Shown: positions 43,970-54,815 of the stretch, piece after piece
Position numbering within the stretch: position 1 is the first letter of the stretch
How the letters are laid out: each line of letters opens with the position of its first letter
From: Candidatus Uhrbacteria bacterium
GTDB taxonomy: Bacteria > Patescibacteriota > Patescibacteriia > UBA9934 > GWF2-40-263
Length of the DNA stretch: 64,000 bases
Direction of reading: 5' to 3'
NCBI GenBank assembly: GCA_014239775.1
Contig: JAAZYG010000005.1
Coordinates: forward strand, 6,746 to 70,745
Notes under the pieces: model-generated
Seen by the model: only the letters and a program-made list of their open reading frames with translations
Told to the model about the DNA's origin: nothing
Database searches by the model: none
Program-made: the position numbers and the translations under genes

Positions 43970-46065
43970 AATTCATCTATATCTCTTAAAAAACTAAGAT
44001 CGTTTATTTTTTTTTCTTCAATTGCATCACCCAATTTATTAAAAATAATTGTGGGCTCATCATGAAAATCACCACCAAATCCATTAACATGACTCTTTAC
44101 TTTCTTTAGTTTAACACTATTAAATAAACAATCTGGCAATTCTTGTAAAAACATAGATGGTTGTGACATAACCATCGAATCATACCCTGATGTAAGTGAA
44201 TATGTATAATATAGTCTATTACGCGCTCTTGTGGTTGCAACATAAAATAATCTTCTTTCTTCTTCGAGACCACCTTCCTCATCAAGTGCTCTTTGATTTG
44301 GAAACTTACCGTCCACAAGACTCATAACAAAAACAGCATCCCATTCCAGACCCTTTGATTGATGTATTGTAGATAAAACAATCTTATCCTTATAAAAAAG
44401 TGAATCCTTTGTATCAACACTGTCGTAATCAGAAACAAGTGATATTTCATCCAAAAACAACCTCAAATCTGAGTACCCCTCGGAAAAAATTGCAAATTGC
44501 TCTACGTCATCAATACGATCTAAATAATCTGCATATTCATTCTCTAAATAATCTCTATAATCACCAACAACAACAGCTCTAATTAAATCCGAAGGTAGTT
44601 GTTGAATGTTTATTTTATTTAACGTTCTACACAACGTATCCCAGCCAGACTGTGCCCTTTTTGAAAGTTTAATAGATGAATTTATAACCTCATCTATGTT
44701 TTTGCACGATCTAACTTCATTAATAATTTTCTGTGCCGTAACAAGACCTATACCAGTCTGCAATCCTAATACTCGCATCCATGCAGATTCATCTTTTATA
44801 TTTAATTTTATTCTTAAATGACAAATAATATCCTTGACATGTGCTCTTTCAAAAAACTTTAACCCACCCCTATACTCATAAGGTATGTCTCTTTTCATAA
44901 GCTCAAACTCGAGAGCTTGTGAATGAAAAGCTGCGCGAAACAATACTGCGATATTATTCAAACTCATTCCATCATTATTTAATTTTAAAATTTCTTTACA
45001 TATAAACTCTGCTTCTTGTTTTGCTGTAGATGCAGGGACAATGCTTGGCAGGTTATCTGACTCACACACTGCAGATAAATCCTTTTTAAACTGATCCGCA
45101 TTGTTTTCAATAGATGTATTTGCAATTTCTAATATTTCTGGAGTCGAACGATAGTTAGTTGTTAATTTATATGTATTTGATGGAGAATATGTGTTTGAAA
45201 AATCTAAAATATTTTTAATTTGTGCTGCACGAAATGAATAAATAGACTGAGCATCATCACCAACAACAATCAAATTACCATGCACAGACGACAACTCTTT
45301 GACAATCTGAGCTTGTATTATATTAGTATCTTGAAATTCATCAACAAGAACATGATGAAACTTATTAGCCAAACTAAATCTAATACTTTTGTTGTTTTGC
45401 AATAAATCTCTTAATCCAATCAATAAATCATCGAAATCAACAGAATCAGCCTGCTTCTTTCGTGCTGTATAAATCTCCTCAATACGCTCAAAAGAAGGAA
45501 TTAAATCAAAAAAACTTGAGTACTTCTTCTCAACCACTTCCTTTATTGATAATCCTGAATTACGAGAATAACTAATAATAGAGTTAATCTTTGAAGGTGA
45601 AGGAAACTTACGACCAGAAGTGTCAATATTCAAATCCTTGATACACACCCTAATTAAAGTTTTCACATCATCTTGATCTATTATAGTAAAGTTTGGAGAC
45701 AAACCAATTACAGATGAATGAGTCCTTAAAATCCTATTTGCAACAGAGTGAAAAGTACCTCCCCACAATCCAACTGGATGTGCACCTAGTAAAGTTTCTA
45801 CTCTATTCAACATCTCCTTTGCTGCCTTATTTGTAAAAGTTAAAAGTAAAATATTAGTAGGCAGCACCCCTTGATCAATTAAATATGCCACTCTGTAAGT
45901 TATGGTTCTTGTTTTTCCAGACCCAGCACCAGCCAACACCAAACCAGCACCATCACCGCTCAATACTACAGCTAACTGTTCTGAATTTAGCTCAGTCTTA
46001 TAGTTAATTGAGGAGTTTTTGATTGTTTTACTATTCATACCCATATTAATCATAACAAGTTGCAT
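43966..46065 (-). CDS. uvrD: UvrD/PcrA-type ATP-dependent DNA helicase
   Basis: AGAGSGKTRT Walker A, VDEFQDTN, VGDDAQSIYSFR and YVATTRAR. The exact start among M1/M8/M10 is uncertain. Confidence 0.9.
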   Translation of the reverse strand: MQLVMINMGMNSKTIKNSSINYKTELNSEQLAVVLSGDGAGLVLAGAGSGKTRTITYRVAYLIDQGVLPTNILLLTFTNKAAKEMLNRVETLLGAHPVGLWGGTFHSVANRILRTHSSVIGLSPNFTIIDQDDVKTLIRVCIKDLNIDTSGRKFPSPSKINSIISYSRNSGLSIKEVVEKKYSSFFDLIPSFERIEEIYTARKKQADSVDFDDLLIGLRDLLQNNKSIRFSLANKFHHVLVDEFQDTNIIQAQIVKELSSVHGNLIVVGDDAQSIYSFRAAQIKNILDFSNTYSPSNTYKLTTNYRSTPEILEIANTSIENNADQFKKDLSAVCESDNLPSIVPASTAKQEAEFICKEILKLNNDGMSLNNIAVLFRAAFHSQALEFELMKRDIPYEYRGGLKFFERAHVKDIICHLRIKLNIKDESAWMRVLGLQTGIGLVTAQKIINEVRSCKNIDEVINSSIKLSKRAQSGWDTLCRTLNKINIQQLPSDLIRAVVVGDYRDYLENEYADYLDRIDDVEQFAIFSEGYSDLRLFLDEISLVSDYDSVDTKDSLFYKDKIVLSTIHQSKGLEWDAVFVMSLVDGKFPNQRALDEEGGLEEERRLFYVATTRARNRLYYTYSLTSGYDSMVMSQPSMFLQELPDCLFNSVKLKKVKSHVNGFGGDFHDEPTIIFNKLGDAIEEKKINDLSFLRDIDEL

Positions 46066-46076
46066 TCTACCACAAA

Positions 46077-46098
46077 ATAAAAAAAGCCCGTTTGGGCT
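46077..46098 (-). terminator. intrinsic terminator of the 405-aa orphan gene
   Basis: AGCCC / GGGCT stem, loop GTTT, overlapping the TAG stop. U-run on the minus RNA (A-run 46077-46085). Confidence 0.65.
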
Positions 46099-47314
46099 AA
46101 AAGATTGAACAAGCGTATTTTAATTGCTTATATAACTCCTTAAGATTAAGTGAACTTTTACAAAACTCTGACTTAACAAGCACCAAACGCCCAATCACAG
46201 ACTCAAGGATTTGATGTCTGAAACCCTCATCAAGACGCTGTCCTGTAAACACATCTGCTCGAGTCAATACATCATACACACCAACAAGACGTTTATGTAT
46301 AAATTCAATTCTTTGACTTGAAATAACTTGTTTTTGATTTTGATACCATGCAACAATCAATAAAATTTCCTCAAGAACCCAATGTTGTTGAAGTAAAATC
46401 ATAGATCTATATACTCGCCTCAAAGCATCGCCAGCAGACGTCATCATTGATGCGTTCAATTGATCAGCAGCACTCGACATTAAATGCGATGCTTCCTGCA
46501 AATCCAACACAACATAACTCAAAGAACGTTTAAATGGTCGTATAGAAATCTGATGCACCTCATTAGAATAACAATCAATATTTTCTACAGCCTTGCGCAC
46601 CAAACTATTAGTTCTTGAGTGACCAAATAGTTCATTCGAGTTCAATAATTCCATGACATATGAGCGTATACTAATGCATTTTTCATGTAATTGAGCAAGA
46701 TAAACCTCCAAAACGACTGCCCTGTGCTCCATTATTCTTCCAACACCACGCAGACTATGAATGGCCTGTAAATATTCACGTGATCTTTTTAAAATTTTAG
46801 GACCAATCTCTCTACCAGATACTGAGCTGTTATGTACAACTAAATCTAAATCTAGTTGTACTGGATACCAAATAAAACCCACACCATCTTCGGAACACAC
46901 ATTAGATAAAATCCAGGACATATTTTCTAAATCAAAATTAGATCCTGATAAATGCTTTACTTCATGATGAGACAACAAATGATATTTCGGATTAATACGA
47001 CTATATGCTCGTCTTAAATCATTTATTGATCTAAACTGTTGAAAAACATGATCTTGCCTTAATGCTAAATTCTGTTTAACCCTTGCGGTTAGCCCCATGT
47101 TCCTACTTAAAATATGACCAACAAACACACCACCAACATTCTCTCTTGCAACATACAAAGTGTTATTAACGAGAATTTCAAGTTTAATATTTTCTATTAA
47201 AGCAGGTTCTTTTTTATTAGAACCTTTAGCTGATGCCATTATCGTTAAATCACGACGTATAATTACCGGATTGCTTAAATTAGGCCAAACAACCCTAGGT
47301 TCACTTTTTGTCAA
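46097..47314 (-). CDS. orphan 405-aa predicted helical protein, TTG start
   Basis: RBS GGAGGTG (47328-47322) upstream of TTG 47314. It has its own promoter candidate, a 5'-UTR hairpin (47335-47357) and a terminator. One counted row is 45% G+C. No motif recognised. Confidence 0.6.
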   Translation of the reverse strand: MTKSEPRVVWPNLSNPVIIRRDLTIMASAKGSNKKEPALIENIKLEILVNNTLYVARENVGGVFVGHILSRNMGLTARVKQNLALRQDHVFQQFRSINDLRRAYSRINPKYHLLSHHEVKHLSGSNFDLENMSWILSNVCSEDGVGFIWYPVQLDLDLVVHNSSVSGREIGPKILKRSREYLQAIHSLRGVGRIMEHRAVVLEVYLAQLHEKCISIRSYVMELLNSNELFGHSRTNSLVRKAVENIDCYSNEVHQISIRPFKRSLSYVVLDLQEASHLMSSAADQLNASMMTSAGDALRRVYRSMILLQQHWVLEEILLIVAWYQNQKQVISSQRIEFIHKRLVGVYDVLTRADVFTGQRLDEGFRHQILESVIGRLVLVKSEFCKSSLNLKELYKQLKYACSIF

Positions 47315-47364
47315 TGTACCACACCTCCTTCCACCTCATCACTAAACAACTGATGAGAGAAACG

Positions 47365-47393
47365 ATTTAATCACCTAAAATACATATTGTCAA
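47365..47393 (-). promoter_or_regulatory. sigma70-like promoter candidate for the 405-aa orphan gene
   Basis: On the minus strand: TTGACA (47393-47388), 17 nt, TTAAAT (47370-47365). Confidence 0.45.
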
Positions 47394-47407
47394 TAAATAA
47401 TTATTGT

Positions 47408-48436
47408 TTATTTTAGATATTTATATTTATTATCAATATGTTCACTAAATGTTTTTGAATATATAACTTCCCCTTCTTTTGTGGTTAAAAAGTATAAATA
47501 ATCTGAATCAATAGGATTTAATACTGCAATTACTGCATTCATGCCTGGATTGCTAATTGGCCCAATAGGTAACCCTAAATTTTTATAAGTATTATAAGGT
47601 GAATCAATCTTACTATCAGTTAATAATATTGATGCGTCTTTTTTTCCAGTAACGTAATTTACAGTTGAATCAGCCTGTAAAGCCATTCCTATTTTTAATC
47701 TAGTCAAAAATATACCAGCAACAATCTTCATATCTTCTGCGCCACGCACCTCTCTTTCAATAATCGATGCAAGTATTATCAAATCATGTAAAGACATTTT
47801 ATTTTCCATGATTAAATCTTCAGGTATGACTATATTATTTTCTAAAAATCTATTTTTTAAATTCTTTATCATTGTATCAACAATGACAGAAGAACTTGCA
47901 TCTTCTCTAAATCTATATGTATCTGGAAATAAATACCCTTCCAGAGTTTGCCCTACTGGAATTGACGACAATAAATTACCTTCTGCAGCAACAGTTCTTC
48001 CATTAACACCTGTTACAGTAGACCAATCTTTCTCTTTAATATGCCCAAATTTTTCGGTAATAAGTAATCCAATTTGTGCAATTGTATATCCTTCTGGAAT
48101 TGTAATTGAAACATCCTTAGATTGAGCATGAAGTAATTTTGAAACCAATGTTTGATAATTAGTATTTTTTTGAAGTGTAAAATTACCAGCCTGCAATGAC
48201 CCACCTGACTTTAAAAACCATATGTACGTTTTAAATAAAAACGAACTACTAATTACACCAACTTCTTTAAGGTCATTACTAATATCATCTACTGATGCAC
48301 CTGGTTCTACTATAAACTGTATATCTTCTGCATCCTTGTCTGGTTCAATAATAAAAGCATCCCAAAACATAGAACCTCCAAGAGCTAATACAACAAAGAA
48401 TAAAATACCAATTAAAATTCCTATAAAACGCAACAT
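47408..48436 (-). CDS. mltG: endolytic murein transglycosylase MltG (YceG-like)
   Basis: N-terminal TM helix. LASIIEREV and YNTYKNLGLPIGPISNPG blocks. Confidence 0.9.
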   Translation of the reverse strand: MLRFIGILIGILFFVVLALGGSMFWDAFIIEPDKDAEDIQFIVEPGASVDDISNDLKEVGVISSSFLFKTYIWFLKSGGSLQAGNFTLQKNTNYQTLVSKLLHAQSKDVSITIPEGYTIAQIGLLITEKFGHIKEKDWSTVTGVNGRTVAAEGNLLSSIPVGQTLEGYLFPDTYRFREDASSSVIVDTMIKNLKNRFLENNIVIPEDLIMENKMSLHDLIILASIIEREVRGAEDMKIVAGIFLTRLKIGMALQADSTVNYVTGKKDASILLTDSKIDSPYNTYKNLGLPIGPISNPGMNAVIAVLNPIDSDYLYFLTTKEGEVIYSKTFSEHIDNKYKYLK

Positions 48437-48439
48437 AAA

Positions 48440-49510
48440 TTACAACAAACTATCAAGATTATTTTTCTTTAAATGACTAATTAACCCCTTAAGATTTTGT
48501 GAAGAGTTTTTACTGCAAACAAGTAAAGCATCCTCTGAATCAACAATTACGACATCCTCCATTCCTACCACAGCAATAAGTTTATTTTTATTAAAACCAT
48601 AAATCAGCGAACTGTTCGTATCAACCAAAGCACACTCACCTTTTGTCACATTATTTGAATCAACTGATAATCTATCATGCAAAGTATCCCACGCTCCTAT
48701 ATCACTCCAACCAAAGCTTCCTTTAATAATCAAAACATCTTCTGGATTCATATTTTCTGTAACAGCATAATCAAATGAAATTTTGGTAAGTTGTGAATAC
48801 AGACCAGAAATATCACCACCTTTTTTATATTCCTTCTGAATTTCTCTTAAGACACTGCCCATTTCTGGAGAATACTTGTCATATGCTTCTAAAAACTTTT
48901 GCGGTGTCCACATGTAATAACTAGCATGCCATAAATATGACCCATCATCTAAATATTTTTTTGCGGTTTCATAATCAGGTTTTTCATGATGTGATTTAAA
49001 ACCATATATTTCAATATCATCAATTTCATTATGTTTATCTGAAATTTTTGTATAACCCAAAACCGTACTAGGAAATGTAGGTGTAATAGCAATATCTAAT
49101 AACTTACCTGTTGATAAAATCAAAGAATTACCAACACTAAGTGACCGTAAAAAAATTTCTTCATCTCCAATGTAATGATCTGATGGAATAAAAACTATTG
49201 GCTCTTCTGGATCATCAACACCAAGAACAGCAGCAACAAAACCCATTGCAGGACCAGTATCTCGTTTTTCTGGTTCAATCAAAATATTCTTATCATCTAC
49301 ATCAGGGAAAATATCTTTTATAAAACACTCATATGATGGTGAAATAGAAAAATAAATTTTTTCTGATGGAAACATTCTTAATAAGCGTCTATAGGTATCC
49401 TTAATAAGTGGCTCATCGCCCACAAGATCAACAAACTGCTTTGGTCTTGAAACTCTGGATATTGGCCACAACCTTGTACCTGCTCCACCTGCTAAAATTA
49501 CAGCTTTCAT
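48440..49510 (-). CDS. mannose-1-phosphate guanylyltransferase-like sugar nucleotidyltransferase
   Basis: MKAVILAGGAGTRLWPISRVSRPKQF. Confidence 0.8.
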   Translation of the reverse strand: MKAVILAGGAGTRLWPISRVSRPKQFVDLVGDEPLIKDTYRRLLRMFPSEKIYFSISPSYECFIKDIFPDVDDKNILIEPEKRDTGPAMGFVAAVLGVDDPEEPIVFIPSDHYIGDEEIFLRSLSVGNSLILSTGKLLDIAITPTFPSTVLGYTKISDKHNEIDDIEIYGFKSHHEKPDYETAKKYLDDGSYLWHASYYMWTPQKFLEAYDKYSPEMGSVLREIQKEYKKGGDISGLYSQLTKISFDYAVTENMNPEDVLIIKGSFGWSDIGAWDTLHDRLSVDSNNVTKGECALVDTNSSLIYGFNKNKLIAVVGMEDVVIVDSEDALLVCSKNSSQNLKGLISHLKKNNLDSLL

Positions 49511-49516
49511 AAACTA

Positions 49517-49999
49517 TTAAAATATTATGGTTCCAATTTGTAATGCTAAACCTAAGAAAAAACCAATAAGCGCTCCAGCAAAAATATCACTTAAATAATG
49601 AACTCCAACAGCAACTCTTCCCAGTGCAACAAGTGCTGCACATATCAAAAACGGAACAAATAAATTTACATCAGAAACAAAATATGACAAAAGAGTAAAC
49701 GCAATTGTTGAATGTGCAGACGGAAAACTAGGAGTATTAACAAAAGGCACGACCAACGGTTTAAACTCATGTAATTCGTAGGGTCTTTTACGTCTTACAG
49801 TCTCTGATATTAATACTGATATACCCCACGGTACAAATACAAGTAGGATCAATATTAATTGTTTATTGTAATAATATGCGATAGTAAAACCAAACATTAT
49901 CCACACTAAATGAGCAGCACAAAATACTGCCACATGTTTTAAAAACCATGATGATTTTGCAATATCATAAATTTTCTTTGATACTAAATATCCTGACAT
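49517..49999 (-). CDS. PAP2-family lipid phosphatase
   Basis: RRKRP ... PSAHS ... VGVHYLSD acid-phosphatase motifs within a multi-TM protein. Confidence 0.8.
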   Translation of the reverse strand: MSGYLVSKKIYDIAKSSWFLKHVAVFCAAHLVWIMFGFTIAYYYNKQLILILLVFVPWGISVLISETVRRKRPYELHEFKPLVVPFVNTPSFPSAHSTIAFTLLSYFVSDVNLFVPFLICAALVALGRVAVGVHYLSDIFAGALIGFFLGLALQIGTIIF

Positions 50000-50721
50000 A
50001 TATATAAAACTTCTTTTCTTAAAACCTCCAACTCCTCCTCTCGTCTTATAATATCACTTTCAATCAAATTCGCATCTTTTGGTCTTATTGTATTTTTATC
50101 ACCAAACCCACAATACTGCTTTACAGGACACATCCAACATCTGGGTTTTGATGGTATACATATATACCGACCAAATTTTACAAATACTCTATTAATTAAA
50201 TCATGTGACTTCTTTGGGACTAATTTCAACAAACTACTTTCTGTGTGCAAAGGTATTTTTGTATTCACCCAGCCCATACGATTTGTAACACGATGAACGT
50301 GTGTGTCAACAGCAATTGCTGGTTTGTTGAAACATGCAACCAGTACAACACTTGCAGTTTTTCTACCAACACCAGCAAGTAACACTAAATCATCTATATT
50401 ATCTGGGATTTTACCATTAAAATCCTTCACCACAGTATCAGCCATTTTTTTTAGATTTTTTGCTTTCTGTTTATACATCCCTATTGTGTTTATCATGGAC
50501 TGTATTTCTGAAACTGATGCATCTGCCATTACCTCAACATTAGGATACACCTTAAAAAGATTTGGAAGTAACTTTAACACTTGCTCATCACGAGTTCTGG
50601 CAGATAAAATCACGCCAACTAAAGTTTTATACGGACCCCCAACAACCATCCCGCCAGGATTTTTAAATTGTTCACTTAATTTTTTTAAAACCTTTTCTAT
50701 CTCTAGTTTTGTAACCGACAT
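49984..50721 (-). CDS. nth: endonuclease III (HhH-GPD, 4Fe-4S)
   Basis: ILSARTRDE, LAGVGRKTASVVL, VDTHV, and cluster C-x6-C-x2-C-x5-C (CIPSKPRCWMCPVKQYC). Confidence 0.85.
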   Translation of the reverse strand: MSVTKLEIEKVLKKLSEQFKNPGGMVVGGPYKTLVGVILSARTRDEQVLKLLPNLFKVYPNVEVMADASVSEIQSMINTIGMYKQKAKNLKKMADTVVKDFNGKIPDNIDDLVLLAGVGRKTASVVLVACFNKPAIAVDTHVHRVTNRMGWVNTKIPLHTESSLLKLVPKKSHDLINRVFVKFGRYICIPSKPRCWMCPVKQYCGFGDKNTIRPKDANLIESDIIRREEELEVLRKEVLYICQDI

Positions 50722-50726
50722 AAAAA

Positions 50727-52313
50727 TTAAAGTAATGGTTGCCCCGTCATGTCTGCTGGCTGATCTATTCCCATAATAACAAGAATGGTGGGTGCAACAT
50801 CTGCCAGCATTCCTATTGTTGGCATCAATGAAAGATCACCATCTGGAACCTCACCAGCAATTGATGGCTGTCCCTCGTACTTGTTAGAAATAATGATTAA
50901 CGGAACAGGATTTGTTGCATGCTCCTTCAAGGACTCACCTGTTCGTAAGTTTTTAAGTTCTTCTGAATTTCCATGATCTGCAGTAATAAGAACAGAACCG
51001 TCACGTCCAAGTACCTCTGTAACTATTTTTCCGATGCACTCATCTACAACCTCTATTCCCTTTTTTGCTGCATCAAAATTTCCAGTATGCCCAACCATGT
51101 CTGGATTGGCAAAGTTTAAAACTATAAAATCATACTTATTTTCTTGTAACTCTTTTATTGTTTTTTCTGCCAAAACTCTGGCACTCATTTCTGGTTTTAA
51201 ATCATAAGTTGCAACTTTTGGAGAAGGTACAAGAACTCTATCTTCACCCTCAAAAGGATCTTCGTGTGTGCCATTTAAAAAGAAAGTTACATGAGCATAT
51301 TTTTCTGTTTCTGCAATATGCAACTGAGAAAGTCCATTTTTTGATATAACTTCCGCTAAACAATTATTTATTACCACTGGTTCAAACGCAACCTCAACTG
51401 GCAAATCTTTTTCATATTCTGCCATAGTAACAAAAAATAAATTTTCTTTCTTAACACGCTCAAACCCATCAAAATCATCTGACACAAAAGCACTTGTTAT
51501 TTGACGCGCTCGATCTGGTCTAAAATTAAAAAATATAACCGCATCATTATCATCAATTGTAGCAACAGGTTTTGATCCTTTTTTTAATACAGTAGGCAAA
51601 AACCCCTCATCATACACCTCATTTGTGTATGATTCTTTTAATGCTTCCATTGAATCTGTTGCTTCTTTACCAACACCAGACACCATTGCATCATATGCTT
51701 TTTTAACTCTATCCCACCTATTGTCTCTGTCCATTGTAAAATACCTACCAACCAATGTTGCAATACTACCAAGCTTTAGCTCTTCAATTTTTTCTTGTAG
51801 ACCACCAATAAAATCGGGTGCGGAATTATAAACTGTATCTCTGCCATCTAATATTGCATGTATAAATACTTTTTTTAATTTATGCTTCTTTGCAAGCTCT
51901 AATAATGCAAATGCATGTGCATCCACTCCATGAACACCACCAGAACTAATTAGTCCCAATATGTGTAATTTACTTTTGTTTTTCTTTACATGCTCTATCG
52001 CTCCTAAAAAGGATTCATTCTCAAAAAATTCACCGCTTGATATTGAACGATTTATTCTTGGAAATGTTTGATAATAAACACGACCAGCACCAATTGATAA
52101 ATGACCGACCTCTGAATTCCCCATCTCACCCCATGACAAACCAACCTCCTCACCAGACGCCTTCAGTGTCATTGCAGGGTACTTCTGAATATAACTATCA
52201 AAATTTGGTGTATTAGCTTGCTGAATTGCATTACCATCTCCACCAGGTGCAACACCAAAACCGTCTATTACAATTAAAACGGTTGGTTTTTTTATAGAAT
52301 CTGGTTGCTCCAT
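50727..52313 (-). CDS. gpmI: 2,3-bisphosphoglycerate-independent phosphoglycerate mutase
   Basis: LIVIDGFG, GNSEVGHLSIGAGR and ADHGN blocks. 528 aa. Confidence 0.95.
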   Translation of the reverse strand: MEQPDSIKKPTVLIVIDGFGVAPGGDGNAIQQANTPNFDSYIQKYPAMTLKASGEEVGLSWGEMGNSEVGHLSIGAGRVYYQTFPRINRSISSGEFFENESFLGAIEHVKKNKSKLHILGLISSGGVHGVDAHAFALLELAKKHKLKKVFIHAILDGRDTVYNSAPDFIGGLQEKIEELKLGSIATLVGRYFTMDRDNRWDRVKKAYDAMVSGVGKEATDSMEALKESYTNEVYDEGFLPTVLKKGSKPVATIDDNDAVIFFNFRPDRARQITSAFVSDDFDGFERVKKENLFFVTMAEYEKDLPVEVAFEPVVINNCLAEVISKNGLSQLHIAETEKYAHVTFFLNGTHEDPFEGEDRVLVPSPKVATYDLKPEMSARVLAEKTIKELQENKYDFIVLNFANPDMVGHTGNFDAAKKGIEVVDECIGKIVTEVLGRDGSVLITADHGNSEELKNLRTGESLKEHATNPVPLIIISNKYEGQPSIAGEVPDGDLSLMPTIGMLADVAPTILVIMGIDQPADMTGQPLL

Positions 52314-52315
52314 AC

Positions 52316-53575
52316 CTACCTTACTTCTTCTTCAATTTCTAATAATCGATTATATTTTGCCAACCTTTCTGATCTGGATAAAGATCCTGTTTTTATAAAT
52401 TCTGCATTAACCGCAACTGCTAAATCCGCAATTGTTGTATCGCTTGTCTCTCCGGATCTATGTGATACAGAAATTTTATATTTAAATTGTTGAGCTAAAA
52501 CTATTGCATCAATTGCTTCTGACAAACTTCCGATCTGATTCACTTTAATTAATACTGCATTTGCTGCACCCATATCAATTCCTTTCCTGATCCTGGCTGA
52601 ATTTGTAACAAATAAATCATCGCCAACAATTGCTATATCTTTACCTAATTTTTTTGTCATATCAACCCAACCTTCAAAGTCATCTTGATCAAGCCCATCC
52701 TCAATTGAAATAATAGGATACTTCTTAATCCAAGACTCCCACAACTTTATCATTTGTTGAGCAGACATATATTTTCCATCTACCTTTAATCTATACTTAT
52801 TATCCTTCTTAACATACACCTCGGAAACAGCTGGATCCAATGCCAAAAAAACATCTTTACCTGCTGTATAACCAGCTTTTTTAATAGCTAGCATTATCAA
52901 CTTAATTGCATCTTCATTTTTTTTCAAAGCAGCAGAATAACCACCTTCATCTCCTTTAAGTGTTGAATGTCCTTTTTTCCTTAATATATCACCTAATGCA
53001 TGAAATACTTCTGCACCACACCTAACACGCTCTTTAAATAATCGTTGCTGTGGAACTATCATAAATTCTTGAAAATCCAAACTCCACCCAGCATGTGCGC
53101 CACCATTTAATACATTCATTGTTGCAATTGGAAGTTTGTATTTTTTATATTGTAAATCAAATGCCAATCGTAAATAAGAATAAAGTGGCATCTTTTTTGC
53201 CTTTGCTGCTGTATGTGCACACGCCAACGAAACTCCCAAAATAGCATTAGCACCTAATTTTCTTTTATTAATAGTCCCATCCAATAATAACATTTTCTCA
53301 TCAATACCTCGTTGGTCCGTCACATCCATTCCACGCAATGCTTTTGCTATTTTTGTATTTACATTTTTAACAGCCTTCAAAACACCTTTTCCACGATATC
53401 TACTTTTATCTCCATCACGTAATTCTAATGCCTCATGAATTCCAGTCGAAGCACCACTGGGAACAGACGCACTACTAACAGTTCCGTCTTTAAGCATTAT
53501 GGATACATTTAGGGTTGGATTACCTCTTGAGTCTAAAATTTCATGAGCATGAATTGTTTCTATTTTATATGACAT
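52316..53575 (-). CDS. eno: enolase
   Basis: ILDSRGNPT, SHRSGETSDTTIADLAV and IKTGSLSRSERLAKYN. Confidence 0.95.
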   Translation of the reverse strand: MSYKIETIHAHEILDSRGNPTLNVSIMLKDGTVSSASVPSGASTGIHEALELRDGDKSRYRGKGVLKAVKNVNTKIAKALRGMDVTDQRGIDEKMLLLDGTINKRKLGANAILGVSLACAHTAAKAKKMPLYSYLRLAFDLQYKKYKLPIATMNVLNGGAHAGWSLDFQEFMIVPQQRLFKERVRCGAEVFHALGDILRKKGHSTLKGDEGGYSAALKKNEDAIKLIMLAIKKAGYTAGKDVFLALDPAVSEVYVKKDNKYRLKVDGKYMSAQQMIKLWESWIKKYPIISIEDGLDQDDFEGWVDMTKKLGKDIAIVGDDLFVTNSARIRKGIDMGAANAVLIKVNQIGSLSEAIDAIVLAQQFKYKISVSHRSGETSDTTIADLAVAVNAEFIKTGSLSRSERLAKYNRLLEIEEEVR

Positions 53576-53578
53576 AGA

Positions 53579-54769
53579 CTAGTTTTTTATTTTTAATACC
53601 TCTAAACCTGGAAGTTTCTTTCCAGCTAAAAATTTTAACATCGCGGAACCACCTGTGGATAATAACGTAAACTTATCGGCAATTTTTAATCTTTCAAGCA
53701 CGGGAACGGTATCACCACCACCAACTATCGTAACTGCTGAAGACGTCTTATTTGCAATGGCTTTTGCAATAAATTTAGTTCCAGCACAAAACGTATTTAT
53801 TTCACAATACCCCATAGGTCCGTTATAAACAATTACTTTTGCATGTTCAATAATAGACTTATACAGAACTCTTGTTTTTGGGCCAATGTCAACAATTCTA
53901 TCTGTCTTATTTAGACTATCAGGTGCCTTAACCTCTAATTTTGCATCTTTTCTCAATGATCTAACAACCACAACATCTATTGGAAGAATTAACTTTTTAC
54001 CTAAATGACTTATTGCATTTTTAGCCTCATCAATACCCAACTCATCAAACACAGATCTGCCAATCTCTAATCCCTCTGCTGCAAAGAAAGTATTAGCAAG
54101 TGCACCACCAATCAACACATTACTCGCTTGCTTTTCAAAATTTTTAATAACAGGCATTTTTGTTTGAACTTTTAAACCACCCATTATGACAACAAAAGGT
54201 TCCTTGGTATTTTTATTCAACTTACTTAATACAGAGACTTCATTAGAAAGAAGAGGTCCTGCATATGCTGGAATCTCTTTTGTAATGCCAGACACAGAAG
54301 CATGTTCTCTGTGAGATACAGAAAAAGCATCATTTACATACATATCAGCAAGTACTGACAATTCCTTTGTAAAATCAGACGAATTTTGTTTTTCTCTTAA
54401 ATCAAATCTTATGTTTTCTAATAAAATAATTTCACCTTCGTTCATTTTTTCAACAATATTTTCAACATCAGATCCTGTAATTGATTTAGATAATTTGATC
54501 TTTACACCTATTAAATTAGATAACCTTTTAGCAACAGGCTTTAAAGAATAAGATGCTGTACGACGCCCATTTGGTCTTCCTAAATGAGACATTATTATTA
54601 CTTTTGCACCTCTTTGTGACAACCAGTTTATACCAACAGCTGCTTTTGCAATTCTGCCGTTTGGACCATCTACAGCCTTACCTTTTTTAATGGGTACATT
54701 AGCATCAATTCTAACCAAAACACGCTTGCCTTTTAAATTCATGTCTGACCTAATTTTTTTAAGCTGCAT
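53579..54769 (-). CDS. pgk: phosphoglycerate kinase
   Basis: GKRVLVRIDANVP, SHLGRP and VGGGDT. ATG at 54769 (MQLKKIRSDMNLKGKR) preferred over the track start. Confidence 0.95.
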   Translation of the reverse strand: MQLKKIRSDMNLKGKRVLVRIDANVPIKKGKAVDGPNGRIAKAAVGINWLSQRGAKVIIMSHLGRPNGRRTASYSLKPVAKRLSNLIGVKIKLSKSITGSDVENIVEKMNEGEIILLENIRFDLREKQNSSDFTKELSVLADMYVNDAFSVSHREHASVSGITKEIPAYAGPLLSNEVSVLSKLNKNTKEPFVVIMGGLKVQTKMPVIKNFEKQASNVLIGGALANTFFAAEGLEIGRSVFDELGIDEAKNAISHLGKKLILPIDVVVVRSLRKDAKLEVKAPDSLNKTDRIVDIGPKTRVLYKSIIEHAKVIVYNGPMGYCEINTFCAGTKFIAKAIANKTSSAVTIVGGGDTVPVLERLKIADKFTLLSTGGSAMLKFLAGKKLPGLEVLKIKN

Positions 54770-54815
54770 AGATTGACATAATATCACGTAACACAAACTA
54801 CGTACTATTTAAAAC

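Noticed and set aside
47350-47363. CTGATGAG...GAAAC string resembling the hammerhead ribozyme core
   Set aside because: There is no room for stem II between CUGAUGA and GAAA, and no stem I/III partners. It is on the non-transcribed strand relative to the local gene and simply forms one arm of the 5'-UTR hairpin (47335-47357).
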